Source: a virus. Taken from it: a stretch of DNA of 64,000 nucleotides. The notes under the pieces were generated by a model. The model worked only from the letters and a program-made list of their open reading frames with translations, was not told the DNA's origin and did not search any database. This document shows positions 8,950 to 18,353 of this stretch, one piece after another; within the stretch, counting starts at the first letter, position 1, and each line of letters starts with the position of its first letter. Made by a program: the position numbers and the translations under genes. The DNA is taken from positions 96,001-160,000 of the IMG/VR virus record IMGVR_UViG_3300045988_145033. One strand, written 5' to 3'.

Positions 8950-10704
8950 ATGGATAATAATACTATGCTTGTAAGAACAAGCTTACGTTCACCTAGCAAT
9001 GACGGTAAAGCTAGAGTTAAAGCATCTATCGTTGGTGTAAAAGACGTTCTTACTGGATTTAAACAATATGCGGAGTCTCAAGGGATTAACTTCTCTTCTA
9101 ACTCAGCACCTTCAGCTATGAAAGCTCATATGCAAGGATTAAAAGACCAAATGACTGCTAAAATAGTTGCAGACAGTCAAAGCACTAGATTTGGAAATGA
9201 CACGCAAGGAAGAGTTATGTATGCTGAAATGCAAAAAATAGCTAAATCAGACGTAGCAACAATAGGAGCAAGACTTGAAAATGAAATAAACCTATATGCG
9301 GAAGGTATGATGGCAGGGGAATATCACCCATTCCAACTTGCAATATTACCACACGTGTACTTAGAAACATTATCTCAAAATAGTAGATTTTTAATGCCTA
9401 CTAAAGAATATGTATCTGAACAATTACCACCAAGAAAAATGATTACAAGACAAGTGGTAATCGAAGGTAAGAAATATGACTTCCCTCATTGCTTAAAGAA
9501 TCCTGAAGTAATGAGAAAATTAAGAACTGCTGGAAGTAAAGCTATTGAATACAAATTAACAGATATGACAAAAACTGCATTTAATATCTTTACTGAATCT
9601 CATGAAGGAACTGTAGGAGAATCAACTCTTATTCCTCAACTTGACATCATAAAAGTAAAATACCATGATGCAGGAACAGCAGCAGATGAAGAAGTTGAAT
9701 TAAATGTATCTAATATAAACCCAGATGCACATAACTACACTATGGGTAGATTATTCAAAACTTTAAAATCACCGAAAGCAAATGCTACTACAGAAGTAAC
9801 TATATCAGCTGAAGTAAACTTTGCAACTGGAGATATTAAACTTATTAAATCTACTGAAGTAAAAGAAATTACATTCAGAGCTCATATGTCTGGAGCTTAT
9901 AATAGAAAATCAGCATCAATAGATATTGAAACTAAACCAATCATACAAGTGATTAAAAATAGAATCAATATGCTATTTGACTATGACCCGGGTTCAATGC
10001 AAAACTTCTTATCTTTAGAAAATATAGATGGAGTTTTGGAAGGACAATCTATTATATTCGACGTTGTTGTATCAGCAAAAGACCAATTTGTATTTGATAC
10101 ATTAAATGGAGTATTAGACCAATTAAAAACAGCAAAAGCTGCTGGTTTTGATTTTGAAAATTCAGATATGGGATACTATACTGGAACTCACTATACTAAA
10201 CCGGGGGTAACTAATGGATTTAGACCTACATCTCCTGAACAATGGGACATTGAAGAACTAGGAAGAAGAATGAAAGAAGTTCACACTAATATGGGAACTA
10301 AATTCAAATCTGTTTCTGGTTTACAATTCAACTGGTGGGCATCTCCAGTGAACACTGCAAGATTTATAAGAAGTACACCAATCTTAACTAAGAATGAAAA
10401 CTATGGTGGTATGACAAATGAATACGCTGTATATGGACTTCAAATAGCAGGACAAACTTGCAAAATGGTAGAAACTGAAAGAGCGTTAGATAATGAAGGA
10501 TTAAAATGTGTTCCTTATTCTAATATGGAATCTCAACCAACATTTGAATTCCAACAAGGACCACACGCATTATATACTGATGGAACATTCAGAAATCCAA
10601 CAAGACCTCATATGCCAGCTATAGCATACTATGATTACTATGATTGTAACTATATCTATGCAATACTTGGACATATTGATATCAAAGATACAGTTGCACC
10701 ATAA
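8950..10704 (+). CDS. putative major capsid protein, 584 aa (two YAE motifs near the N-terminus)
   Basis: Strong RBS. Late element AACAgcagttTA at 8897-8908. Followed by a strong GAAA-tetraloop terminator, as expected for a highly expressed structural gene. Motifs MYAEM and LYAEG within the first 120 aa suggest propeptide processing. Confidence 0.4.
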   Translation: MDNNTMLVRTSLRSPSNDGKARVKASIVGVKDVLTGFKQYAESQGINFSSNSAPSAMKAHMQGLKDQMTAKIVADSQSTRFGNDTQGRVMYAEMQKIAKSDVATIGARLENEINLYAEGMMAGEYHPFQLAILPHVYLETLSQNSRFLMPTKEYVSEQLPPRKMITRQVVIEGKKYDFPHCLKNPEVMRKLRTAGSKAIEYKLTDMTKTAFNIFTESHEGTVGESTLIPQLDIIKVKYHDAGTAADEEVELNVSNINPDAHNYTMGRLFKTLKSPKANATTEVTISAEVNFATGDIKLIKSTEVKEITFRAHMSGAYNRKSASIDIETKPIIQVIKNRINMLFDYDPGSMQNFLSLENIDGVLEGQSIIFDVVVSAKDQFVFDTLNGVLDQLKTAKAAGFDFENSDMGYYTGTHYTKPGVTNGFRPTSPEQWDIEELGRRMKEVHTNMGTKFKSVSGLQFNWWASPVNTARFIRSTPILTKNENYGGMTNEYAVYGLQIAGQTCKMVETERALDNEGLKCVPYSNMESQPTFEFQQGPHALYTDGTFRNPTRPHMPAIAYYDYYDCNYIYAILGHIDIKDTVAP

Positions 10705-10756
10705 TAAGATAAAGGCGTTCCACTGCCATAAATGAAGGAGCTATATAATACATGAG

Positions 10757-10792
10757 TGCTACCCGAAAGGGTAGCATTTCATTTACTTTTTG
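10757..10792 (+). terminator. intrinsic terminator (UGCUACCC-GAAA-GGGUAGCA plus U-run) after the capsid-like gene
   Basis: Perfect 8-bp stem, GNRA loop, T-rich tail. Confidence 0.65.
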
Positions 10793-10795
10793 AAA

Positions 10796-10807
10796 AACAG
10801 CGACGTA
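10796..10807 (+). promoter_or_regulatory. late promoter AACAgcgacgTA
   Basis: Upstream of 10839. Confidence 0.4.
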
Positions 10808-10838
10808 AGAGAGAAAGAATCTAAAGGAGGAACTAAAA

Positions 10839-11204
10839 ATGAATATTGAAATTAAAGAAGATTTTGTAGCACCCTTTTTAAATGTAGACCCTACTTGGAT
10901 AGATGAGCTTATAGCATCTAAAACCGATATACAAAATAAGGTAATTTGTATAGAAGAGTTATCCGAGCTTACTAAAGAGATTACAAAGGAGATAAGAGGT
11001 GAAGATAATAAATATGAGATAGTTGATGAAATGGTAGATGTTATAATATCACTTCAAATTATGGCAAGACTGTATCATATAACTCAAAATACTCTTGATA
11101 GTGCGTATAATAAAAAGATGAGAAGAAACCTAGAGAGGATTAGAGTTAATAAGTGGACAAGTGATATTATAAATAAGATAAAGGGTGGTGTAAATGGGAA
11201 TTAA
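10839..11204 (+). CDS. MazG-like nucleoside triphosphate pyrophosphohydrolase
   Basis: EELSELTKEITKE ... EIVDEMVDVIISLQIMARL matches the MazG/HisE E-x2-E ... E-x2-D helix motifs. 121 aa. Late element upstream. Confidence 0.5.
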   Translation: MNIEIKEDFVAPFLNVDPTWIDELIASKTDIQNKVICIEELSELTKEITKEIRGEDNKYEIVDEMVDVIISLQIMARLYHITQNTLDSAYNKKMRRNLERIRVNKWTSDIINKIKGGVNGN

Positions 11205-11826
11205 ATACGAAGCACTCACAAAGAATATAGAGAAGAACTTTAAGCTAAAACTTTGTGCAAATGATGATAAGTCTATAAAGTATATAAATAGATTCATAAA
11301 GGATAAGAAATATATAGTTGTAGGGGAAGCAGTATATCTTATATCTGATATAGAAAGTGTAGGAGATGACGTTATAATTCACTGTAAGCCTTTAGATGAC
11401 GTTATGTTTGTTTATGGCTTAGATATTCAAGTAGAGACCGACTATGAGCTAGATATGGCTCGTATCGACTTTAAAGCGACGTCTGTTGATAGTAAACCTT
11501 TTCTATCCATAGATGATGAGAACTACGAAACTGAACTTAAAGAGAGTATAGTAGTCGATACTAATAAGAAAGAATCAAGTATTGATAGAGTATTTCATTA
11601 TGTAGCTTCTGTTGATTTAGTAGTTTATATAAATGGAGTATATACTGAGATAGTAGAGCCTTTAATAGACGTTAATGATTTAGTTCATCTTGATAAAGCT
11701 GACGTTATGAAAATAGGAAATACGCTATACGATAAGAACAAAGCTATCGCTAAAATCATAAAAGAGCTACCACAAAACAGTAAAAATGTGGAAAAAAAGA
11801 AAGGACTTTTTTCTTTCTTAAAATAA
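11194..11826 (+). CDS. hypothetical protein, 210 aa
   Basis: Overlaps the previous stop by 11 nt (ATG at 11194). RBS GGGTGGTG. Confidence 0.45.
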   Translation: MGIKYEALTKNIEKNFKLKLCANDDKSIKYINRFIKDKKYIVVGEAVYLISDIESVGDDVIIHCKPLDDVMFVYGLDIQVETDYELDMARIDFKATSVDSKPFLSIDDENYETELKESIVVDTNKKESSIDRVFHYVASVDLVVYINGVYTEIVEPLIDVNDLVHLDKADVMKIGNTLYDKNKAIAKIIKELPQNSKNVEKKKGLFSFLK

Positions 11827-11998
11827 TAATTTATATCTATGTATTTATTTAGGGAAGGAGTGTGTTCGATATGGATATATTGCATTGTGACATAATAGAT
11901 TTATTTAATCTGCTCATGTATGCTATTGCAACTTCATGCTATATCACAACAGTGGGAGTCCTTGATTTAATCTTAGAACCTAAATGATAAAATTATGT

Positions 11999-12030
11999 AA
12001 ACGGTGGGATTTTCCCACCGTTTATTTGTG
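11999..12030 (+). terminator. intrinsic terminator (aaacggtggga-tttt-cccaccgttt)
   Basis: Perfect stem followed by a T-run. Confidence 0.55.
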
Positions 12031-12080
12031 TAACGAACAATTTTTTGATATAAATTAATATAATTCAGGAGGTTTAAAAT

Positions 12081-12872
12081 ATGGATAAAAGACCAAAGAT
12101 TATAACTCTTTATGGAGAGTCTGAAATATCAGCAACTCCTAGAAAGAGAATAGTTGATAGAAAATATGTAGGTAATCAAATAGTATGGGTACAAGAATGT
12201 CTTACATTTGGAAGAACTACAAGAAATGGAAATGATTTCTTAGAAGAAAACTTTAGAGAAGCAGTAGAAGACCCTTTCGTTAATGACAGATTAAAAGGTA
12301 ATAGATTCTTCTCAGAACTTGACCACCCTAGCAAAAGCGATACAGAAAGATTCGTGCAAGTATACTTACAAAATATAGCATATAGAAATAAGCACTTCTT
12401 CTTTGAAAATGGAACTATGTATTCTGAATGTGAAACTATAGATACTCCATCTGGAAAGATAGTAAGAACTCTTATAGAATCTGATGCTGAAATAGCTGTA
12501 TCTTTTAGAGGATATGGAGTGCCTAAACTTGACGGAAATGGAGAAACTATAAAGCTTGTAGCATTTGACGTTGTATATCAACCAAGTGACCCAACTTCAC
12601 TTTCAAGAGAAGAATCATTTAGAAATCAAATGTATGCAGAAGGATATAGTGCATCTGAGTTCGCAAGAATAGCAATGAGGGATAATTTAGTTGCTTATGA
12701 TACTATTCCTAAAAATTCAGGACTTTATGCTGAAGCTTCATTTGAAGGTATAAGACCTAAGCAAGTTATAAAATACGGAGATGACGTTTTAGGTATTACT
12801 TATGAAACTAAGGAAGAAATAGAAAGAAATGCTAAAGCTCAAGGATTTAGAAACTTTATCATAAATCTATAA
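12081..12872 (+). CDS. head-associated protein, 263 aa, with three Y(G/A)E motifs
   Basis: RBS AGGAGG. Motifs LYGESE, MYAEG and LYAEAS. Located within the structural block. Confidence 0.45.
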   Translation: MDKRPKIITLYGESEISATPRKRIVDRKYVGNQIVWVQECLTFGRTTRNGNDFLEENFREAVEDPFVNDRLKGNRFFSELDHPSKSDTERFVQVYLQNIAYRNKHFFFENGTMYSECETIDTPSGKIVRTLIESDAEIAVSFRGYGVPKLDGNGETIKLVAFDVVYQPSDPTSLSREESFRNQMYAEGYSASEFARIAMRDNLVAYDTIPKNSGLYAEASFEGIRPKQVIKYGDDVLGITYETKEEIERNAKAQGFRNFIINL

Positions 12873-12886
12873 GGAGCTCTGATAAT

Positions 12887-13702
12887 ATGAACCCTAATAG
12901 ACTTATAAAAGATGTAAAGGAAAAATTAGGAATAGGAACTTTTATAGAAACTAAATATACAGATTATGATTTATATGATAGGATATTATCATCTGCAAGA
13001 ATGTGGTTCTCAAGAATATACGCTTATGAAATATTTATACCGTCTATGAAATTTGATAATTCTTTAAGATATAATGGTAGAGTGTATTCATATAAGATAC
13101 CAGAATATATCACAAAAGAGCTAGCTTATGAAAAAACTGGAGTTATAGATGTAAGACATTTGCGTCAAGCATTTTCAACTGTAGAAGATACAGGTATGAT
13201 GTATCTTCCTACAGCAGATACTATGTATCCGCCACCAGCTGACGGTGTAGGTTCTACCTATATGGGAGCTATGAGTGCAACTCCGTCATACTATATGCAA
13301 GGACTTGCTCCATATATAGGAATGGCTCAAACTCAAGCATCTTATGAAATGTATAGAAAACCTATAAAGGCTAAGTTCCGTTCTCCTAATATAATAGAAT
13401 TCGATTTAAGAGGAATGTCACCTGTTGGAACTAATTGGGAGCTACGTTTAAAAGTAGGACACCCTATGAGTTTATTTAGTGTAGATGAGCCACACTATCT
13501 TATATTTCAAAACTTAGCTGTATTTGATATACAGGAGTTCTTATGGAATAGTGAACTTAAAGGACTTGATGGACTTACTAACGGTTATGATAATATATCT
13601 TTAAAGATAGATGATTGGGCTAATGCCTCTGAGCGTAGAGCTGAGTATATAGAAAAGCTTGAAGCTGATGTAGTTCTAATGGAAGGAATTACGACTTATT
13701 AA
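12887..13702 (+). CDS. hypothetical structural protein, 271 aa
   Basis: RBS AAGGAG. Operon partner of 12081..12872. Confidence 0.45.
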   Translation: MNPNRLIKDVKEKLGIGTFIETKYTDYDLYDRILSSARMWFSRIYAYEIFIPSMKFDNSLRYNGRVYSYKIPEYITKELAYEKTGVIDVRHLRQAFSTVEDTGMMYLPTADTMYPPPADGVGSTYMGAMSATPSYYMQGLAPYIGMAQTQASYEMYRKPIKAKFRSPNIIEFDLRGMSPVGTNWELRLKVGHPMSLFSVDEPHYLIFQNLAVFDIQEFLWNSELKGLDGLTNGYDNISLKIDDWANASERRAEYIEKLEADVVLMEGITTY

Positions 13703-13957
13703 AATGTGACAACACTAGATTGTGATAAGTTAGGTATATAACATCTGAAGCTAGAAAAACTGGTACAAGAATATTAGTCGACAATATCTTGGATAGAGTG
13801 TACACAATTAGTTCTAACGTAAGTCCGGTAAACCGCATGGAAGCGTTCAGCAATAGGGCGGAAGTGTTACGAGTGGTTTAGAAGCCTTCGGTAGTTTGAT
13901 GCCTTTATATGCAAACCTTATCACCCGGATAGTCTTTTATACTTTTAGAATATAGAT

Positions 13958-14000
13958 AAAAAAAAATAAAGGGAGGCGAAAGCCTCTCCTTATTTTTATT
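13958..14000. terminator. bidirectional terminator between convergent genes (gggaggcgaaagcctctcc)
   Basis: A9 upstream and T-run downstream. Confidence 0.5.
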
Positions 14001-15039
14001 CTGTCATTTCTCTTAGCTCTTTATAAAGCTTTTCATTAAATAGCATTTCTTCTCTATCAAGTTCCATAACATAGCAAGTTATCTCAGTTCTTTCAAGAGT
14101 ACGAGATGTCCAGAATTCTACATATCCACTATTACGTGGGTAGAATTCTTTTGGAACATTTACCATATCTATAAAGTAGACTCTCTTATTTGCTATTTTA
14201 AGAGTCTTATACTTTTCAGGTATTTCATTCCAATCATCAGAAGGAAGCTCAAGAACTTGTACTCCAGAAAGTCCAACTTGAGTTGCAAACTCAGTATTAA
14301 TATGATTACCCTTATGATACGCTAAGATAAATGGTGTAGTTGTATCTACAGTATTTTTCTTAGAAGACGCATAATAGTTATTTAATTGGTCTTCCGTCAT
14401 ATACTTAGATGCTACTTTAAATCCGAATTCGTATATAAGATAACCTATACAAGCATCAGCTATCTTATTATCGTTATCGAATTTAATATGCTTTAAAACG
14501 TTAGATGAGTAATTACCCACCTTTAAAAGTTTCCAAAGCATAGGAAGATTTAGGAAGTTTGCTGAAATTTCGGGAATTACACCTTTATCAAGCTTGTACA
14601 TTATATCATCATAAGGTGCAAGTCCTAACGCATATACCACATTTCTACAGTGATATATACGGATTTTCTTTTCAGAAGCTTCTACAATATCGGTAAATCT
14701 TGTGTGAGCATCATTATCCCACTCACCACTATCGTAGAAATCTATCATCTCAAATTCAGCCGTTTGAGACGTCTTATCAAACTCGCCAGTGTATCTTAGA
14801 AGTTTGTGAGATATATTTCCACCACTTCTATGAGATACGCATACAACATCACCTTTATTAAGTATAAATAAACCGTGATTGTCATTTGATAAAGTTCCAC
14901 CGGTACGGATAAAAATACAATCTTTCTTATGACCATATTTATCTCCGATAAGTTCAGTATGTCCTGAGTTAGTCATACCTCCCCCTTTTTCCCAGAATGC
15001 TGGGTAACCCTTTTTAGTAAATGCTATTTGTAATTTCAT
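13996..15039 (-). CDS. hypothetical early protein, 347 aa
   Basis: Stand-alone cassette with a TA-rich early promoter variant upstream and a terminator downstream. RBS AAGGAGG. Confidence 0.5.
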   Translation of the reverse strand: MKLQIAFTKKGYPAFWEKGGGMTNSGHTELIGDKYGHKKDCIFIRTGGTLSNDNHGLFILNKGDVVCVSHRSGGNISHKLLRYTGEFDKTSQTAEFEMIDFYDSGEWDNDAHTRFTDIVEASEKKIRIYHCRNVVYALGLAPYDDIMYKLDKGVIPEISANFLNLPMLWKLLKVGNYSSNVLKHIKFDNDNKIADACIGYLIYEFGFKVASKYMTEDQLNNYYASSKKNTVDTTTPFILAYHKGNHINTEFATQVGLSGVQVLELPSDDWNEIPEKYKTLKIANKRVYFIDMVNVPKEFYPRNSGYVEFWTSRTLERTEITCYVMELDREEMLFNEKLYKELREMTE

Positions 15040-15100
15040 AATATCATTCCTCCTTTTAATTTTAAATTAAGACATTATTGCCTTTTAATATTATTTATTA

Positions 15101-15123
15101 CTATAGTTATTATATATAATCAA
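15101..15123 (-). promoter_or_regulatory. early promoter variant
   Basis: GATTATATATAATAACTATAG upstream of 13996..15039. Confidence 0.35.
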
Positions 15124-15144
15124 ATGCAAAAATTCGTAGGAGCA

Positions 15145-15190
15145 TAAAAAAAATAAGGAGAGGTTTGTGAACCCCTCCAAATTATTTTAG
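15145..15190 (-). terminator. intrinsic terminator (ggagaggtttgtgaacccctcc)
   Basis: A-run, hairpin, T-run. Confidence 0.5.
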
Positions 15191-15438
15191 ATTTTAGTCA
15201 CAGTAATAAATGCAGAGAATATGACAGTATTGTTACCGCTGTCATAAGTTGATGAATATTGTATTTGCGGAATACCATTATATCCATCATTCTTGAATTT
15301 ACAAACCATTTCCAAAACTAAATCTGTTAAAGGAGTTGCCCCCTTTTCAGAAGATGTCCAAACGTGTCCCATACAAACATCTCCTCTCATTTCTCTTTCC
15401 AATCTGTCTCCAATAGTTTCATTAAATAATGTAGTCAT
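15187..15438 (-). CDS. hypothetical early protein, 83 aa
   Basis: Class A promoter, conserved leader hairpin and terminator. Confidence 0.5.
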   Translation of the reverse strand: MTTLFNETIGDRLEREMRGDVCMGHVWTSSEKGATPLTDLVLEMVCKFKNDGYNGIPQIQYSSTYDSGNNTVIFSAFITVTKI

Positions 15439-15480
15439 TTTAAACCTCCTCAGGTATTTTAAATTTTGGCATTAAGAACT

Positions 15481-15496
15481 CTCAACCCTTGTTAAG
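15481..15496 (-). promoter_or_regulatory. conserved 5'-leader hairpin (CUUAAC-AAGG-GUUGAG, one G.U)
   Basis: Same leader position as the other cassettes. Confidence 0.5.
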
Positions 15497-15517
15497 TTTA
15501 TTCTCTTGCTCTTACTT

Positions 15518-15547
15518 TTATTATATATAATTGAAAATAAAAATTAC
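15518..15547 (-). promoter_or_regulatory. early promoter, class A
   Basis: TTTCAATTATATATAATAAAAGTAAGAG upstream of 15187..15438. Confidence 0.5.
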
Positions 15548-15569
15548 GTAACTTCTTCTAGGAACATAG

Positions 15570-15612
15570 AAAAAAAAAATAAAGGTGAGGATAAACCCCA
15601 CCAATATCTTTA
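15570..15612 (-). terminator. intrinsic terminator, same family (ggtgaggataaaccccacc)
   Basis: Conserved 55-nt module that includes CTATGTTCC. Confidence 0.6.
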
Positions 15613-15987
15613 TTAATTTTTATAAGCTGTATAGTCTCTTATAATATCAAGACAAGTTTCTAAGTTGTCAGATAGTTCAAATCCTGCTGGACCTCTATCT
15701 TTCATATCAAGCATAAGAGCAACTTCTTCTCTTATTTGTTCACGATTAAGCCATTCTCTCATCCTTGTAGGACTATAGCTTTTACCTTTCTTAAATTCAG
15801 TTAATATAAACTCATTATTCTTTATTTCAAATGATACTATAAACTCATTTCTTGGAGATAGTTCTTTATCTTTAAGCTCGTGTCCTTTATCATCAAATAT
15901 TACGGTTTCAAATAATACCTCTATAATCTTATGATTCTTAGTCCATTTCTTATTAGTTTTTGTTAGTCTTATCATTCTTGAAACCAT
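15613..15987 (-). CDS. hypothetical protein, 124 aa (last gene of a 6-gene early operon)
   Basis: Start ATG overlaps the upstream stop (TAATG). Terminator directly downstream. Confidence 0.5.
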   Translation of the reverse strand: MVSRMIRLTKTNKKWTKNHKIIEVLFETVIFDDKGHELKDKELSPRNEFIVSFEIKNNEFILTEFKKGKSYSPTRMREWLNREQIREEVALMLDMKDRGPAGFELSDNLETCLDIIRDYTAYKN

Positions 15988-16319
15988 TATTCATCACACC
16001 CTTCTGTAAAGATTTCTTGCATTTTATACGTATTAGTATCTCTATCAAAGTGAGCTAAATCAAGTCTCACCTTATTATTAATACAAGCATTTATAACAGC
16101 TGCTGTTGCTTGAGTAAGTCCAGTTACATACAAAACTAACTTATCCTCTTTTAAGTTAAAGCTGTCCCCTTCAGCACCTACTATTTCAATAACTCTTCTA
16201 TTAGCAAGTCTGAATAAATCTCCAAATGCTAGAGGATTTGCTATATCCCCTTCGAATACATATTCACTTACTGGTAATTCATGTCTCCCTTTTATTAAAC
16301 CTACTTTTAATTCTCTCAT
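15987..16319 (-). CDS. hypothetical protein, 110 aa
   Basis: RBS AAGGAGG. Part of the operon. Confidence 0.5.
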   Translation of the reverse strand: MRELKVGLIKGRHELPVSEYVFEGDIANPLAFGDLFRLANRRVIEIVGAEGDSFNLKEDKLVLYVTGLTQATAAVINACINNKVRLDLAHFDRDTNTYKMQEIFTEGCDE

Positions 16320-16339
16320 CTTTATTCCTCCTTAAAATT

Positions 16340-16702
16340 TTAATAATCGCATATAGTATATATAACTTCCATCATAGTAGCAAGCACATAATAGTAATAC
16401 TTATATTCTTCATCATTGTCTTTAGCTTTATTATATTTATCAACAAGCTCCATATATTCCTTATAAGTTGGTATTTCCTTTTTATCAAAGTATGATGAGC
16501 ATAAATCATCGCATACTTGTAACTTAAATAATTCAGGTACATCTTTTGCAAATAGTTTATCCCATTCTTCATCAACTATAATTGATATATCTGGTAGGTT
16601 AAGTATAGCATAATCATCGACTGTTATTTTGTGAGTTTCTTCCCACGCCTTAACTAAGGCTGCTACATTTAGTATTTCTTTTTCTCCTATTCTTTTTAGC
16701 AT
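16340..16702 (-). CDS. hypothetical protein, 120 aa
   Basis: RBS GGAGG. Overlaps the upstream gene by 7 nt. Confidence 0.5.
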   Translation of the reverse strand: MLKRIGEKEILNVAALVKAWEETHKITVDDYAILNLPDISIIVDEEWDKLFAKDVPELFKLQVCDDLCSSYFDKKEIPTYKEYMELVDKYNKAKDNDEEYKYYYYVLATMMEVIYTICDY

Positions 16703-17091
16703 TCTACTACCTCCAATTTTGTAACTTTATTAAGTTGCTTAGTCACACCAGTTAAAGCAGTTTCTATGTCGTGTTGTATCATGTACATTGTCTTATCGTA
16801 TCTTGAAGTTAGAACTAAATCTTCATGTGATAATACAAACGCTTCAAATATAAATATAGTGTCGGCTTGTTTTAAGATATTTTTAACTATAGCTGTACTT
16901 ACATCATTTTTGATATCTATGGATACTATCTCAAACTCTCCACAGAATATACTACACTTTAATCCAAATAATGGCTTTCTTACTTCTTCCTTATATTTAG
17001 ATACTGTAACCAAATTAGCTACAATACCTATAGTTCTTGTGTATAATAATTTATTTTCTTCAGTTTTGCTAAATTCTATATATTTTCTCAT
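16696..17091 (-). CDS. hypothetical protein, 131 aa
   Basis: RBS AAGGAG. Confidence 0.5.
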   Translation of the reverse strand: MRKYIEFSKTEENKLLYTRTIGIVANLVTVSKYKEEVRKPLFGLKCSIFCGEFEIVSIDIKNDVSTAIVKNILKQADTIFIFEAFVLSHEDLVLTSRYDKTMYMIQHDIETALTGVTKQLNKVTKLEVVEC

Positions 17092-17104
17092 AGTTATCTC
17101 CTTT

Positions 17105-17512
17105 TTATTTTGATAGAAAATCTAATATAAATTTTGGTACATTTTGATATCTAGTCAAGCATTCTACTTTAATATCATCTCTTGTGAAGTGTATAGCATA
17201 AGATACCATATAAGGTTTTGTGTATACATTATGTATATCATTATAAGTATCTTCGTAGATAGTTATAACTTTACCTTCAGGTATACTTTTCTTTATCTTA
17301 TCATACGCCACAGAATACACTCCTTGAATGATGTTTACAGCGTCTGTGATGCCCAAATTTACCTTTGAAAGATGTAAAGCGTGCATTTCATTGTCTTTAC
17401 GAAATACCACTTCAGATACCCTTACATCAGCTGATATGACACCTAGATAAAATGAATCTTTATCATCAGTGTGAATATGTCTTATACATTCAGTGTCTAT
17501 AAGTTTAAGCAT
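17105..17512 (-). CDS. hypothetical protein, 135 aa
   Basis: RBS AAGGTGGTG. Overlaps the upstream stop. Confidence 0.5.
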   Translation of the reverse strand: MLKLIDTECIRHIHTDDKDSFYLGVISADVRVSEVVFRKDNEMHALHLSKVNLGITDAVNIIQGVYSVAYDKIKKSIPEGKVITIYEDTYNDIHNVYTKPYMVSYAIHFTRDDIKVECLTRYQNVPKFILDFLSK

Positions 17513-17867
17513 TTATATCACCACCTTCTATGTCATACTCAAGCATATCATGACCAGCATAATCAAGAGCTATAACTTTTAAATCAAGAAGCTTAGGTAA
17601 GTTTATTGGTTTATCTAAGTCATCTTCATATTCATTTAAGAACTCTTCAAAATCCCAAAGAGATACCTTGTTATTATAGTCAGGATATAGAATTGAACCG
17701 TACACTTTAGAGTACATTACAACCGCCATATTCCCACCTTTAAACAGTGATACCCAATCCTTCCAAAGAGCATCATGTATTCTCATATTATGCTCCTTTG
17801 ATGAATGTCCATTCTTATAGTTCTCTATAAGACTCCTTGCCAGTGTTTTCCATTTTTGTAAATCCAT
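17505..17867 (-). CDS. hypothetical protein, 120 aa (first gene of the operon)
   Basis: RBS AAGGAGG. Class B promoter about 50 nt upstream. Confidence 0.5.
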   Translation of the reverse strand: MDLQKWKTLARSLIENYKNGHSSKEHNMRIHDALWKDWVSLFKGGNMAVVMYSKVYGSILYPDYNNKVSLWDFEEFLNEYEDDLDKPINLPKLLDLKVIALDYAGHDMLEYDIEGGDINA

Positions 17868-17915
17868 AGAATTTACCTCCTTTAAATTTTTATTTGACTT
17901 TGGCTTGATTGCCTT

Positions 17916-17937
17916 GTCTTATGTATATAATATATAG
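17916..17937 (-). promoter_or_regulatory. class B promoter (6-gene early operon)
   Basis: TATATATTATATACATAAGAC. Confidence 0.45.
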
Positions 17938-17965
17938 CTTATTATAAGAATGCTGTGGAACGTAG

Positions 17966-18006
17966 AAAAAAAAAATAAAGGTGAGGATAAACCCCACCAA
18001 TATTCT
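17966..18006 (-). terminator. intrinsic terminator, same family
   Basis: Near-identical to 15570-15612. Confidence 0.6.
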
Positions 18007-18007
18007 T

Positions 18008-18241
18008 TTATTCATTTAAAGTTAATCTGCGTTTTAGAAGATATATATAATCTTCTAAGATTTTAATATCTGTAGAGAAGTCTTCTCCAAGATATTTATT
18101 TTTTATTGGTGCGTCTGGATTATGTATCCAGTTTGAAGCCTTCATTTGTTCTGAGACTTCTCCTTTCTTTAGTGCAAACAGTCTTCCTTCGGCTGTTTTA
18201 ATTTTGTTTTGGATTACTTCGATTTCTTTTTTATTTAACAT
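18008..18241 (-). CDS. hypothetical early protein, 77 aa
   Basis: Class A cassette. Confidence 0.5.
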   Translation of the reverse strand: MLNKKEIEVIQNKIKTAEGRLFALKKGEVSEQMKASNWIHNPDAPIKNKYLGEDFSTDIKILEDYIYLLKRRLTLNE

Positions 18242-18282
18242 ATTATCTACCTCCTCAGGTATTAAATTTAGACGTCGGAATT

Positions 18283-18298
18283 CTCAACCCTTGTTAAG
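18283..18298 (-). promoter_or_regulatory. conserved 5'-leader hairpin (CUUAAC-AAGG-GUUGAG)
   Basis: Same. Confidence 0.5.
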
Positions 18299-18310
18299 TT
18301 TATTCCTTAT

Positions 18311-18337
18311 CTCTACATTTATTATATATAATTGAAA
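18311..18337 (-). promoter_or_regulatory. early promoter, class A
   Basis: TTTCAATTATATATAATAAATGTAGAG upstream of 18008..18241. Confidence 0.5.
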
Positions 18338-18353
18338 AAAAAAACGTAGAAAT

